A DNA stretch of 64,000 nt from Octopus sinensis (GCF_006345805.1 NC_042998.1:175584001-175648000), one strand, 5' to 3'; positions 1 through 13,920 are shown, numbered from the stretch's first letter. Numbers and translations: made by a program. Notes: generated by a model not told the origin, from the letters alone.

Positions 1-36
1 GGTTGTTCAATCTCTACCTTATTTGATGTGTTTCAG

Positions 37-177
37 TGTCATATACCAGATGGTGGCGTTGTTCCTAAGTCCCTATACATGAAAGATGATGATGCTGATA
101 AATCACCTGATGAACCAACCTTTGCTACAGACAGTATCTATCAGACAACACATGTTGTTAAAGATTATCCACATGAG
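37..177 (+). CDS. SEC14L1: SEC14-like protein 1/5 (retm-type), internal coding exon (CHIPDGGVVPKSLYM...KDYPHE); upstream exons lie outside the window
   Basis: tttcag acceptor, GAG/gtaatc donor, 141 nt open phase 0-0. Joins in frame to the next exon. GGxVPKSLY motif typical of the SEC14L1 region before the GOLD domain. Confidence 0.93.
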
Positions 178-396
178 GTAATCCCCATACCTTTTAAAAG
201 ATTGTTTTAAACTTTTCTTGTTTTTTTTTTCAATCATCATATGATCTATATAACATGGCATTATATTTTGCTTATATAATTATTTTTATAGTTTTATCCT
301 AATTAGGATTTAGAATATGAAAATTTGTGTTTAATAATGATATTAATGTTACTCTCAGTATGATGAATACATTCTCTAACTGTATTTATTTGTCAG

Positions 397-642
397 GTTT
401 TAATCCAAGTACCCCAGAAGAACTCAGTTATCACATGGGACTTTGATATCTTGAAAGGTGACATTACTTTCACTGTGTTCCGGTGTATGAAGCAGTTACA
501 TGAACCCATTCACACTCACCATGTAACAGGAGCAACGGCAGGTATTGGTTCCGTGCAGTACATTGAGAAATCGATGGCTGTTGGTGCTGAGTTGAGCATT
601 GTTGAGCCCCCTCATATATGTCGTGATGGTGATAGTATACAG
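397..642 (+). CDS. SEC14L1: SEC14L1/5 exon, GOLD domain N-half (VLIQVPQKNSVITWDFDILKGDITF...ICRDGDSIQ)
   Basis: tgtcag acceptor, CAG/gtaagt donor, 246 nt. SVITWDFD.KGD and IC.DG.S.Q match vertebrate SEC14L1 (SVITWDFDVCKGD, ICKEGESVQ) from memory. Confidence 0.96.
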
Positions 643-682
643 GTAAGTGTGATTTTATTTGCACTGTTAGAATATTCTTTTG

Positions 683-1020
683 TCTGTTTCAGTCATTTGA
701 CTGCAAGCATGCTGGAACACCAGTTTGAAGGATTTTAGTCGAACAAACCGACCCCAGGACTTACTTTTTAAGCCTAGCACTTATTCTATCAATCATTTTG
801 TTGAACTGCTAAGTTACAGGGATGTAAACACACCAACACTGGTTGTCAAGCGGTGATGGGGGACAAATACAGATAGACAGACAGACACACACACACATAT
901 ATATGATAGGCTTGTTTCAGTCTACCAAATCCACTCACAAGGCTTTGGTCAGCTGAGGCTATAGTAGAAGATACTTGCCCAAGGTTCCACACAGTGGGAC
1001 TGAACCTGGAATCATGTGGT
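683..1020 (-). mobile_element. tRNA-derived SINE, octopus-type family
   Basis: Reverse complement shows an A-box/B-box head (GGTAAGAAG...GGTTCAGTCCC), a central CA/TA microsatellite and the tail shared with copies at 12960, 35055 and 35773. Confidence 0.85.
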
Positions 1021-1664
1021 TGGGAAGCAAACTTCTTACCCTGTGTTATAAAACACATGTACAAATTTAATATTTATTAATTTTTTTCTTAGGTACAAAA
1101 TCAATTTTTATGGGTATCTTGTTTTTATATATTAACCACATTATATTACTGGTACATATTTTATCTCATACACATGGTTGAGAACTCATTTTGGAACTGG
1201 GTACATCCAAAGGCCTTACACATAGAACATGATGATAACTAGGAATAGGATGGGGGAGAGGATACAGTCACGTTACACATCAGATTCTACTGTGAGCCAT
1301 TCAGAGAATATCTTCATTAATGATCACAGTGCATTTAAAATGGTTACAAAACCAGACTTCTTGACTGACAGTATTCTCAAGAATTCCATATGGCTACAAG
1401 ATTTTCCGGTCAAGTTTGGCTGAAGTTTTTGAAATTATATTACACATTGTAGTAGGGTCATAATAACCATTTAAACATGCAGATACTATTGTTTTTAACC
1501 CTTCTTTTACTTTGTAATTGTATCAAAACCTTTTGTCATGCATTTGTAATCTGCTTCATTGGTAGTCTATTCCATTCTGTTGTATCTCACATATTTACAA
1601 TGATGGTTCTACATACTGGCTGTATAGAAAATAGTTTGCTGTCATAGTTATACTTTTCTTTCAG

Positions 1665-1810
1665 GGATCCATAGTAACAGGTCAACCTGGAAGTTATATC
1701 TTACAGTGGAAACATTTTGATTCAGCTAAACCTTCATTTGACTTCCCGCTCTCTTCACACAAGTCCAAAGTCATGTATTATACTGAACTGCTGAAGTCAG
1801 AAGCTTTCAA
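1665..1810 (+). CDS. SEC14L1: SEC14L1/5 exon, GOLD domain C-half (GSIVTGQPGSYILQWKHF...SHKSKVMYYTELLKSEAF)
   Basis: ctttcag acceptor, AA/gtaagt donor, 146 nt phase 0-2. G.YILQWK and SHK.KVMYYTE motifs. Confidence 0.96.
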
Positions 1811-3056
1811 GTAAGTGCTTACTGTCTAGATCTTCTTCTGTATTTTATTACATCCCATTACAGTCTGAGTTTTAATTATACCTGGATTGAATTGCCTTTC
1901 ATTCTTCTGAATTCTATAAACTATAAGTACCATTTAAATACTGGGGTCAATGTATTTGGCTATTGCTCACTGGAGGAATAATTTGTTGCTCAATTTGATA
2001 CTCCATATGGCCTTAGGTGCCTTTAAGGAGTCCACTCTGTTGCAAGTAAGATAACTTATGAACAATGGTTTCTTTTTTCCTTTCCCACCAGTCTGTTTCA
2101 GAGGCTCTGAAAAAAGCTATGAGCATGTTCTTCTTTCATAGCCATACCAACACACACACACATCATTATCATCATTTAACATCCCTTTTTTTTATGCTGG
2201 CCTAAGTTTGATGGTTTGACAAGAACAGACGAGCCTGAGAGTTCTACCAGGTTCTATGTCTGCTTTGGCATGGTTTCTACAGTTGGATGCCCTTCCTAAT
2301 ATCAACTGCTTAACAGAGTATACTGGTGCTTTTTTATATGGGGCTAGCACCAGTGAGGTCCCCAAGTACCCTCAAGATAAGACCCTTCAACTGAGCTGGG
2401 TATAGACTGGAGGAATAAGAAACTATAATAGAGGGAGAGGGGCAGGTATCTTGCTGGAGAGGTGAATACATGGCTTGCCCACCTGGAAACTGAAAGAGAG
2501 AAAGGAAGAGGTGAGGTTTTGGTATGTGAATATGAAACAGAATAAGATAACCCACTTGTGTTTTCTCTGGGATCTCCTTTCTTCTCTTCCTAGTCACTCC
2601 TGGACTTTGCTCTTGTATCAAATGAAGGGCTATGTCTGAAAAATTATAACTTTTATTTCTTCCCTGAGTATCAACCTAATAATATTAATTGTGAATGTCT
2701 TTTGTACTTTTGTTTTTTGTATTTACTTTGTTACATATATCTGTGTGTGTATGTGTGTGTGTGTGTGTGTGGAGAGAGTAAGGGATAGAGAGACGGGGAG
2801 AAAGAGCATATTAGCAGAATGAGTAGTGTGATGGATGTTCCAGGCCTCTGTGTCCTGATAGCAATGCTTGTAATGACACTGGTGTCAAGTTGTAGTGGCC
2901 CTAAAGCACACAGCCATTGTCTTGGAAAATATTGATGGTGTTGAGAGGGGAGATTTGCATGGATGAGTATCTCTCAGTCTTCCACAAAATTTTGTCAATG
3001 GTCTGTGCATATAGATGCAGATACAGCTTTAATCCTGATTGACAGAGGTCAGCTCC

Positions 3057-3289
3057 TGAAAGAGAAAAGGAAATTGGGAGAAGTGAAGAAGAAAGAAAGA
3101 GAGAGAGAAGAAATAGAAAGACAGAGAGAGAGAGAGAGCAAAGAACAAATGAAAAGAGGGAGGGGAGAGAGAGAGAGCAAAGAACAAATGGAAAGAGAGA
3201 AAGAGAGAGCAAAAACAAGACAACAGAAAGAGTAAGAGTGCAAAAGTAAGGCAGAAAGAGACAAAGAAAGAGAGAGCAATGAAGAGTAA

Positions 3290-3320
<31 letters not shown>

Positions 3321-3388
3321 TAAAACATAGATGAGACAGAAAGTGATTGGGAGAGAAAGCAGAGAAGAGACAAAGAGAGGAGAGAGCA
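3057..3388. repeat. GA/GAA-rich polypurine tract in the last SEC14L1 intron
   Basis: About 330 bp of almost only A/G on +. It explains the spurious ORFs 2901-3438. Confidence 0.9.
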
Positions 3389-3478
3389 AAAATGGAGTCA
3401 GAAATAAATTTGTTGGTTTTTTTTTTCATTATAAACATATTTGTTTATAAATTTGTTTGTTTATTTATTTATTTTCAG

Positions 3479-3584
3479 GGGCTCCATGAGCAGCCTTCAA
3501 TCCTTTCAAAGTAGCATTTCTTCTCTGAGCATTGGAACTAATCAGAGCAGCCAATCGGGCCTGAGTAGCTGTCCGTCCAGGTGA
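3479..3584 (+). CDS. SEC14L1: SEC14L1/5 terminal coding exon (K-GSMSSLQSFQSSISSLSIGTNQSSQSGLSSCPSR*)
   Basis: ttttcag acceptor, phase-2 join gives K-GSMSSL (vertebrate RGSMTSL), Ser-rich tail ending SR, TGA at 3582-3584. Confidence 0.94.
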
Positions 3585-6030
3585 TTTCAGTGGTCATCTC
3601 ATCTGTGCATGATGTTGTCTCCGATTTACTGCCCGTCTCCACCTATACAATATTGGTTGATGTGTTCCCTCAGTCTGCTGCCTTCAGTTGTTGTTGTTGC
3701 TGTTGTTGTTGTTGTGTTGTAGTATTACTAATGGTTGTCATTGTTCTTAGTGTAAATAACAGACTGAGAAACATATATACGCACACACCACATACAATGG
3801 TACTTCACACATATATAAGTATATGTCCATGAATATGTTTATGTGTAATCGTCTATAATATATCTATAATCTTGTGTAACATATATATATATACACACTC
3901 ACATACAAATATATATAACATGCATATGTATACACTATACAGATATATATACTATACAGATATATATTTATACACATAGACACACACACACTTAAACATA
4001 TACAGTCCCTTTATTTTCTTAATGTTTCACATAAATTATCAATTCCAGATGAGAACTTTGTATATTTATTATAAAATGGAGGGAAAGATCTGTTGCATAT
4101 TCTATATTGGGAGAGAATATAGTTAGGTGTAAGTTTGCACTTAAGCTTACCATTCTGGAATATACAATGAACTAAGTAACATAATGTATTGAAGTATCAA
4201 GTGAATGCTTGTAACTAAAAAGAAAGCCAAAGGGTTTTATTTCCAATAAAATGTTCAATATTAGTCAGATTATGTTATACTGTATAATACATTGATAAAA
4301 CACATACCAGAAATGTTTATGGGTAGAGATTTAGTTGACAGTGTACTTTTCTTTTCAAAGAATGTTCCGGTGCTAAGAAAAAAAAATATCTTATTTACCA
4401 AATAGTGTGAGGAATTCTTGTGCAACTAATTCATAGAATTGTTTTATGTTTAACTTTGAACTACTTTACACACTTTTTAAAAATCTCTTTGAAAAATCCT
4501 GAATATCCCAATATTCTTGCTGCTGAAAATCTGGTATTTTGTGGTGATCACTGCATGGTACTAACTGTGTGTCAGCAAATCAAATCTATAAAATGTTTGG
4601 AACTGCTTCATTTATGGGTCTGATAGTGTTTTTTAAAGGCATGAATATCATCATTTCTCACATTTCTTTCCATAGAACTTAATATTTATCAAATAGTGGA
4701 CTTTTGATTTTGTGGTATAGAAATATTTTAAGGCTGCTGATTTTTGCTTTCCTTGACAAGAACATTTTGCTGTATGATTTTATCTTGGTTCAATCCTAGT
4801 TTCAGATATTTCTGTTAATTTTTCTTCATTTGTTTTTAAACATTTTTAAGGAGTTCAGTTATTTTTAATTTTGGGGTAAATTTCTTTTGATTTATTGTTT
4901 GTTTGTTTGTTGATTTTAAAGAATTTAATTTAAAAATAATATGCTCTTGATTTTATTTGGTACCTTATCATCAGTGTTTAATTTTAAAAATTTATATTCA
5001 ATTAAAATGTATTTTTTATAGAAGGTTGAGGATTTTTTTTATAAACTAAAAGATTTTTGTTATAAAAGTGGTTACTTATTTATGGAAGGAATTGGGAATT
5101 ATTCTCAAAGACATTCAAAAATACATAAACTGAAAGAGTGGAACCCAAAGTGTCCTTGTTACCTATCTCTGTTTATTCCATTGTCTTAAACTTAACATCT
5201 ATTCCCCCTTATTGCATTCTCTTCTTCCCTTATTATTCACTAATTAATTTTTTTCTTCATTTTTCACTACCTTCAATCCATTTATTCAGCATTATCAGTA
5301 AACACTTTAGGTCTCTGATGAAGAATTATGCCCAAATTCCTTTTCCATGTGGCAAAATAATGTATTCCAATTTCAAACTTGTCATCTATTCTTTTATCTC
5401 TTATTTACATCCCTTCCAAAACTCTTCTACCTTCCACTAGCTAACTATCTCTTGTCCTTCGTTGAGAACATCTATTTCCATCTAATTTCTCTTTGAATTC
5501 TTTCTCTTCTGTAATTCCAATGGACACAAGTCCACTTAGCTCTCATGCTCCTCCTACACTATCGACACAGAACCAGAATTATTTCCCATTCATAACTATT
5601 TGTACCAGTTAGTTTCCCTACCACAAAACCCTACCTTTGATTGATGCACTAACTCTTTAAACAATCTTGTAGTCTTCCTCACATCCAATTATCACATCTT
5701 CTGCTCTCATTGGATTGTTTCATCATTACCTAATCAAAGTAACCCACCTCACATAATCCTACCAGTCAGGAAACACTATCCCACCAGCCCCCTGATATTG
5801 AAAAATAGATAAAGAACATTTACTGTCAAGGATAATCTGGGAAGAACTGGAAGAACTTCAGTCAGTTAGCTGATTGGATTTTTTTTCAGTTCTTCACTTA
5901 TTACTCTTGGCAGTAAATATTCTTCACCTGTGACTCTTCAAGACAGCTAAACAGAAACTAACACTTTTCCATGAAGTTTGTTTCTCCATCTCTCTCACAC
6001 AACCAAAGCTCACAACTCCTCAGCCCTTAA

Positions 6031-6251
6031 CCCTTTTGTTACCATATTTCTGTTGAGATGCTCTGTGTTTCTTCCAATTATTTTAAATATAACAAAGAAT
6101 TTAGTAAAATAACATCGTTATCATTAAGCAAGTGTTAGGAACATAAATTGTGACTAAGGTTTGGTGGAAGATTTTAATTCAAAACTTATGAAAACAAGAC
6201 ATTTGTGCTAAAGAGCCAGAGCCGGTTTCAGCCAGGTTGGTAACGAAAGGG
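6031..6251. mobile_element. piggyBac-type MITE
   Basis: TTAA on both sides (6027-6030, 6252-6255) with terminal inverted repeats CCCTTTTGTTACCA / TGGTAACGAAAGGG. Confidence 0.88.
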
Positions 6252-6329
6252 TTAAGTGGTCCATACTCTGCTGCTTCATAAATGTTTGGCAAAGAATACT
6301 GCCTACAATGAAGGAGGCAGTCACCATTA

Positions 6330-6412
6330 TCATTTGGGATAGCCATCAGGAAAGCAAAGGCATCGGCTAGTGGCCCTAAGCACAACTATATTATTTGTGT
6401 TGATCACTGAAA
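6330..6412 (-). CDS. Uncharacterised gene, candidate terminal coding exon (V-SVINTNNIVVLRATSRCLCFPDGYPK*)
   Basis: Strong acceptor gcttgtttttcag. Phase-1 start compatible with exon 7626-7723. TGA at 6332-6330. Confidence 0.45.
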
Positions 6413-7395
6413 CTGAAAAACAAGCAATACTCATAGGTGCTTCCTTATTTTTGACTGTTTCTTTCTGTAAATTTCAAATCATGTTTTATAAAAAAAAAAA
6501 GAAAAGAAAAGAACATATACCAATTCTTCAAGAAAATGCCCACTCCTTTTTATCACAGCTAATTGCATCAGTAGGTTACAAATGATCAGACTGAGAAGAA
6601 CACCTACTGAATGAAAAAGTGAAGGTTTCGATTCTGCTAGTAGCATTAGTAGTACTATTCCAAATCCTTGGTGAATTACTTAACTTACTATGGTTGGAGC
6701 TATGTCACTGTAAATACATATCAGGAGGAATGGCTCACCACTTTTATCGGCAGGGACCTAGTATAACTAATAAATGTTTTGGTAATTAGTAGTTCAAAGG
6801 AACAGAATGTAATAGACATTGTACGTAACAAACTTGTGATAAAACATTGTGATCAAATTAGGTTCAACTAACAGCCCCTCTCTTACACATCAAACCTTCA
6901 ACTGTTTCCCTTTAATACTCTGTACTTTTTCCACTCTATGTTGATACAATCACAAGAATTGAATGAGTAAGTGTGATACAATATTCCCTCTTAAATTTCT
7001 TGTGTCTATTAAATCTGAACTCTCTTCAGTTTTAGACATGTTGCAGAATTCTGTGTTATGTTACAGTGTCCTTTGATTGTTGTATTTATCTGGTGTAATA
7101 AAGGTGGTTTATATGGAGAGGAACCGTTTTAAATGCTTTATATCTGTAATAGAGTTATTTCATACTTTTAAGTACAAATCCTGCTTGGCAGTCACTTCAT
7201 TTAACTTTCTGCTCCTCCCCTCAGGACAATAAAATAGTACCAGTAATATACTGATGTTGATTTTGTCAAGTATATCCTCTCCCCTCCTTTTACAAATACT
7301 GCTCTACACCTAGTCAAATACAAAATATTACACTATTTGGGTCTTTTAAAAAGATCATCATGTATATGAAGAATGCATTAAATGTATCTCATTTT

Positions 7396-7399
<4 letters not shown>

Positions 7400-7453
<54 letters not shown>

Positions 7454-7533
7454 ATTATTATTATTATTATTATTATCATTATTATTATCATCATCATCAT
7501 TATGATTATTATTATCATCATCATAATAATAAT
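7400..7533. repeat. Compound microsatellite (TA)n-(TAT)n-(CAT)n
   Basis: Directly visible perfect and imperfect arrays. Confidence 0.97.
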
Positions 7534-7625
7534 ATACATCATGTATCTCAGAATGGTAACAATGTGCTCTTAGAACAAGGACACATTAAACTCATATCTC
7601 TGTCAGCTGAGCTGAAAACAGGTAC

Positions 7626-7723
7626 CATTCCTATGTCTTGTCTGAACAATATGTACCAAAATTTTGTAGGGAACATCTCCCATTTGATCATGCGAGATGG
7701 ATTTAAACAAATAATAAAGAAAT
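7626..7723 (-). CDS. Uncharacterised gene, candidate exon (R-FLYYLFKSISHDQMGDVPYKILVHIVQTRHRN)
   Basis: cattttctag-type acceptor (ttcatttctag), weak G/gtacct donor, 98 nt phase 2-1, open. Confidence 0.45.
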
Positions 7724-9409
7724 CTAGAAATGAATAGTTATATTTTAAAATCTTGGATCCAGAAATTATATTTTATTTTTAATCCCAACAAATTTTATTT
7801 TTTGTTTGCTTAATATTGAAATTGAGACTTGTAGTTTTTTTTTTAATAACCCCTGTCCTTCATTCAATGAAATAATAATGTTACCATAAAAGTTCAATGA
7901 ATAAAATTAAAAATTAAAACTCAATCTTCCTTTGTTTATCTAAACCTTTTTTTAACAACTGATTTTTTTTCTTAAGAAAAACACTTCCCTCAAATTAAAT
8001 AATATATTTATTAAAAGAACTCTGTTAAATAGGCAAATTAATTAATTTTCAAAAGTCAGATAAGGACTTTAATAAAATATTAATAATAATTCCAAAATTA
8101 ATTTTATTTTATTTTGCTGAGGGAAAAAATGTTAAAACAAATTGATATGAATTTATTATTCAGTTTGCTTATTGTGGCTATTGTTTAATAGAATAATAAA
8201 CAAAAGTAAGCAAACTGAATGCTGCTATAGTATGTTGTCATTAACAGATATGTTTGCCAAAATGGTCTCCTTTTCCAGGCCAGAGATCATGTTTTAACTC
8301 CTTAGTCTATGTCAATGTGACAATCCTTTTTGCTTCAGATGCTGCTAATGCTAGCTTGTTTGCTTGCTTGATGTTACATGTAGTTGTGTGTTTTATAGTG
8401 AAAAATGTAGTGAAAATATCTATGTTATTTCACTGACTTATTAATTTTCAATTTTTAGCATTTAAAAAAAATTATGTCTATAGTCCAATCCTACTGTATG
8501 GCATCTTGGGCAAATGTTTTTTACCTTAGCCCTGAGAGTGGATTTGGTAGTAGGAAACAGAAAGAAGCATGTTGTACATATTTGTGTGTGCGTGTATATG
8601 TTTGTTTGTGTCTCCTTGTGTTGACATCACCTAATAGTTATGAATGAATGACACTGTCAGACAAGCAGTGTCCCTAGTTTCCAGTCTTCTGTGAAAATAT
8701 GCCTTACTTTGCTTGGAAACAATTGAGGATTGGTGACAGGACGGTCATGCAGCCATAGAAAATTTGCCTCAGTGAATTCCATCTGACCCATACAAGCATG
8801 AAGAAGTGTACATTAAACCAATGATGATGATAATACATGGAAAAAAATTTAAAAAAAGAAACATGCAGGAAGTATATAATTTAGGAAGGATATGGTACCA
8901 CTACCATGATGATGATGATGATAATAGTGGCAGTGATAATATTTATGATGTATTTTATCTTTGTATTGAACATAACCGAATCCATTCGATATCTCTAGTG
9001 TAGACTATCTTTTTGACATATGACATTACCTGTAAAGTGTTATCACCATTGCTCCCGATGTCGTCAAAACCACTACTACTGCATTATCGTCATCACCACC
9101 ATCTATTGTCCAACTAAATTATAAGTCATGAAGTATAACCCTTTAGCATTGAAACAAGCCAGATCCAGCCCAAGTATTCTCCCTGTCTTATGTTCAAACT
9201 GGCCAGACCCAGCCTCTCTCACTTATGCTGCAATGTAATTCTAAAAATAAACATTCACAACATCAAAATCTCAAAGCTATGAGATAACGCACAATTAATT
9301 CAAAAGGGTAATCCGAATGCTATAGGGTTAATGGAACTTATCTGTAAACTAGAATCCATATAGCCGAGCAAGATGAGAGCAGTGGTATTCAATCATACGT
9401 AATTCATTA

Positions 9410-9790
9410 AAATGATAATAATGAAATTATTGTATACAGTGCTCAGGTGCACCACAACTTGTTAGACAGTGCATATAAAGCACATGCAGTAATGTGCAAA
9501 TGTCTGGAAAGCGAACAATGCATGAGTCAGATACATGCTTGTGTGTGTATGGAGGGGAGAAAATCAGGTGTAGTGTTGGCGAATCTCAGAAAGCATGGAA
9601 GTTTTGAAGGATGCAGTGCTCCGACAACTAACAACTGATGCCGGCAGTTTGTTCAATGCTTCAGCAACTCTCAGCATGAAAAAATGTTTCCTAAAGTCAT
9701 GGGAGCTCTGCTGTTTTCTGACTTTGTAAATATGTCCACGGATGTTAGATGGGTGAAGTTTGAAAAGGTGCTCAGAGTTATTGCTTAAAG
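9410..9790 (-). mobile_element. CR1/L2-type LINE 3-prime fragment
   Basis: Minus translation NIRGHIYKVRKQQSSHDFRKHFFMLRVAEALNKLPASVVSCRSTASFK is the typical CR1/L2 ORF2 C-terminus. Near-identical copy at 20170-20545. Confidence 0.85.
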
Positions 9791-11799
9791 CACAGAAAAT
9801 CTGAATTGAAGATGTTCAATTCAAATACTTGTCTGTTGTTCAGGTTTTAGTACATAACAATAATGGAAATTTTCACAAAATAGACTATTTCCTCTCAAAG
9901 TTGATAGGTTAGCATTTGAAAGCGCACTCATTTTTGTCCAGCTGACTAACAGACTGATTTGTCCTTTGCTTTGGTATGAATTAGTCAAATAATTAAGAGT
10001 TGTTCAATGGGATACAAGACCATACTGAACACTCTAGTGGATTATGGGTGTAGTAGTCTTAGTTTGTTGTCTCATTGGATATGTTGACCTTGGTTACCTA
10101 AGAAGAGGCGTTTGCTACAAAACGTTTTAGACAGGAAGTATGACTATTTGTGCTCTGTGAATGTCAGTATTTTGATTTTGTAGAGTGGTTATAGGTGTAG
10201 GTTGTAGTGTGGTGTGTGTAAGATGAGCAGAGTTTTGAATAATTTAAAATTAAGTTTATAGCAGAAAGATTGCAAGCCATAATCCATGATGCACATAGTT
10301 TAGTGTTTGTAAACTAGTTTGGAATTTTACTAGGTTTTGGTATTTTGTATAAGAAGGTGTTTATGTGTATGATTTAGTTATTTCAGTTTCATTTGTTTTG
10401 TATATGACAGTCATCATCATCATCATCATTTAATGTTCTCCTACCATGCTGGCATGTGTTGATGGTTTGACAGGAGCTGGCCAGGTAGGAGCCTGTGCCA
10501 TGCATCTGTGTCTGGTTTTTAACAGCTGGATGCCCTTCCTAACACCAACCACTCTGTAGGGTGTGCTGAGTGCTTTTTACATGGCACTTCCTCAGGCAAA
10601 GTCAGTTTAGTGTGGTTTCAACAGCTGGATACCCTTCCAAATGCCAACCACTTTATAGTGTGGACTGGGAGCTTTTTAAGTGGCACCTGCACTGGTGGGG
10701 TCACCAAGTGACTTTGCAAAACAAGGAGTCATGCATTGAACATTTATATTTTGTGTGTGCACTCAAATACTTAAATGTCATGTGTGATTATGAATAATAC
10801 ATTGGAAAATGTGTTTGCAATAGTTATTCTGCAATATCCATATAAAGACTTGGATTTTGTCTTTATATGGATATAGAGTATGTGTAACCACATGCATGTT
10901 TTGAGTGTAAAAGGATATGATATGATGGTATCACCAGTGAAAGATACTATGTGTACATCGTTCTACATAAAGGTTGTTATGACAAAAGAAATGAAGAGAG
11001 AGAAGAGATTCTTGGAGTTCTATGATGTGAATTCTTAACTGTCAATCTCACTAACTTTTAGAAAACCATATACAACTCACAAGTCAAATACAACTCAGTG
11101 TCATTTATTTTTCAAGTGGTACTTAGGTTAGAATGAAATTGTTCTACCAAGGAAGATATACTATCATGAACAAAATCTATCCTGGGTGAGAACTGTCCAC
11201 CTTCAATGTAAATTAGTTACAAATGACAGCAAAGGCAGAGAGAGGAACTTAGAAAATAAAGGGTGTGCGAAGTGAAAGATGCTTTTGCTAGTATCACTTT
11301 CCACATAGCACTGGTAAAAAGTTTAATAAATAGATAGAAAAACATTTTTGGATAGAGAGTAGTCAGTTTTTAAGGGGTAGCCTTCAGCAAGTTATTGACC
11401 AGTTTTCTTGTTGGACAGCAGGTCCACTGAGACTGCAGGGAAGATAAATGATAAGCCCAAAAGATATGAAAAATGACAACTTGCAATATGAAGTATGGGC
11501 TGTTCTTTAGTTCCAGATAAGCCTTGAAAAGGCAATGATCAAAAGCATTCTAGTTGGACCATTCCAACTTATTTTCAAACAGGGTATCCCTAGTATTATA
11601 TTATTTAATGCTTTATTGTTTTGTTTTTTAAGACTATAGAGTTGAATTTAAGCTAGTTGCTATTTCTAGCAGGTCAAGCTTTCTCATAGGGGTTCACTCA
11701 TTGGCTTATGTCATGTGTAGGCAGCTAGGAAAGGAGTGTGTTGGAATCCTGGTAATATTTTAGACAAAAATTTTTTAAAAAACATAAGTTCTGTTCCGT

Positions 11800-12258
11800 T
11801 CTGTGTCAGTGGCACATAAAAGGCACCATTCGAGTGTGATCATTACCAGCATCGCCTTACTGGCACTTGTGCCCTGTGCTAGTAGGGTGTTAAGAGCACC
11901 ATCCGAGTGTGATCGTTGCCAGAGCGGCTAACTGGCTTCCATGCCGGTGGCATGTAAAAGGCACCATTCGAGCGTGATCGTTACCAGCATCGCCTTAGTG
12001 GCCCCTGTGCCGGTGGCACGTGTAAAAACATTCGAGTGAGGTCATTGTCAGTACCGCCTGACTGGCTCCCATGCTGGTGGTACATAAAAGCACCCACTAC
12101 ACTCTCGGAGTGGTTGGCATTAGGAAGGGCATCCAGCTGTAGAAACTTTGCCAGATCAGATTGGAGCCTGTTGCAACCATCTGGTTCACCAGTCCTCAGT
12201 CAAATCGTCTAATCCATGCTAGCATGGAAAGCAGACATTAAATGATGATGATGATGAT
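11800..12258 (+). mobile_element. RTE-associated 3-prime-end repeat (truncated LINE UTR or partner SINE) with internal roughly 60-bp tandem subunits and a (GAT)n tail
   Basis: Repeated AAAAGGCACCATTCGAGTGTGATC..ACCAGCATCGCC units. The tail is shared with RTE fragments at 17915 and 47935. Confidence 0.75.
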
Positions 12259-12959
12259 AAGGTACCAACTAAATGTCATTAAGATGAAAGGACAATGGTT
12301 TGGTCACATTTACTCATAGTGTCTTATAAAAGGGATCTGGGATAGAAACAAAGAGTATGAATGAGATAGAATGATTGACTTAGTTTATCACCCAGTTTAA
12401 CACCCATTGAGTAGTTTTAGCAAACATTCAGACCTTTCAGTGTTTGGTCTGAGGATAACTAAATACCTTTATATGTTGCTTCCTACTGCAGCAACATGGT
12501 TCTTTCTATTTTATCATCAGTCTCAAGGCCTGTCGATAGGTATGGATGCTGCCCTTCCACTTCTGTTCAGCCTCTCCACTCCTGCCATATATCTTTTGTG
12601 TAATCAATAGAATGACTATTAAAGACTAAACAAAAGTTAGTACAGAAAGTATTAATGGGCTTAATAAAACCATGAGGTAATTAAGTAATACTTAGTGGAA
12701 TACATGAGTTGTTATCCTAATTAGTTAATTTGCAGGTGTTATCTGAGGACCAGCATAACAACATTGTCAACTGCTTCAAAGGTTTGTGTACATAGGAGTG
12801 TTTCATTGCATGTACACTAGCCTGTGGTTGTGAAAAATCTAAGAAAACATTCAACTATTAATAAAACTACTTATTTGATCCCTAGGTGTACCACCTGTAT
12901 ATATCTGGCATTTACAAGCAATGTTTAATTTGTATTAACCTCTCTTTCTCTTTTACTCT

Positions 12960-13357
12960 CTTTTACTTGTTTCATTCATTTGACTGTGGCCATACTGGAG
13001 CACCGCCTTTAGTCGAGCAAATCGACCCCAGGACTTATTCTTTGTAAGCCTAGTACTTATTCTATCGGTCTCCTTTGCCGAACCGCTAAGTTACGGGGAT
13101 GTAAACACACCAGCATCAGTTGTCGAGTGATGTTGGGGGAACAAACACAGACACACAAACATATATACACACACACATATATATATACATATATACGACG
13201 GGCTTCTTTCAGTTTCCGTCTACCAAATCCACTCATAAGGCTTTGGTCAGCCCGAGGCTATAGTAGAAGACATTTGCCCAAGGTGCCACGCAGTGGGACT
13301 GAACCCAGAACCATGTGGTTGGTAAGCAAGCTACTTACCACACAGCCACTCCAGCAC
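12960..13357 (-). mobile_element. Full-length tRNA-derived SINE
   Basis: Same head, body and tail as 35055-35447 and 35773-36175. Confidence 0.9.
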
Positions 13358-13689
13358 CTATTAGCAAATTGTTCAGATCCTTTCATGTGATATCAGATCC
13401 ACAGACAATATTTTATTTATAACGACCATATCTAGCTCTTATCTAAACCCTCTACAAGTAAATCCTACACATAATATCTGGACATGTATTTGACTTCAAT
13501 AATATTTGTATCCTATTTAATTCTCTAGAAATGAAGCATAGCAATTATTTTACTCCAGCAAGTCATATGTAAGCCTGTGCTGTTTCTTGTGATATCTTTA
13601 GTGACTCAAATGCTATTTTTACCTTTGTAGTATATTGCAATAAAAAGAAGCATGAATAATTCAGGCTAGTTTTCTGTATCCTTCTTAAA

Positions 13690-13920
13690 GATCATCATCA
13701 TCATCATCATTGTTTAACGTCCGCTTTCCATGCTAGCATGAGTTGGACGATTTGACTGAGGGCTGGCGAACCAGATGGCTGCACCAGGTTTCAATCTTGA
13801 TCTGGCAGAGTTTCTACGGCTGGATGCCCTTCCTAACGCCAACCACTCCGAGAGTGTAGTGGGTGCTTTTACGTGCCACTGGCACGGGGGCCAGTCAGGT
13901 GGTACTGGCAACGACCTCGC
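13690..13920 (-). mobile_element. RTE-associated 3-prime-end repeat
   Basis: (CAT)n-GTTTAACGTCCGCTTTCCATGCTAGCATG tail, homologous to 14715-15058. Confidence 0.8.

Noticed and set aside
2901-3438. Four overlapping 90-162-aa ORFs
   Set aside because: Translations of the intronic GA repeat (poly-SL or ER), with no splice support.
3582-3590. Stop-codon readthrough of SEC14L1
   Set aside because: The TGA-TTT context is not the known TGA-CTA readthrough signal, and the protein end matches the family C-terminus.
6179-6385. 68-aa minus ORF MCLGPLADAF...
   Set aside because: It runs into the piggyBac MITE, and a different frame fits the strong upstream acceptor and exon phase.
7360-7737. 125-aa plus-strand ORF rich in Y, I and H
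   Set aside because: Microsatellite translation. The plausible exon here is on the minus strand.
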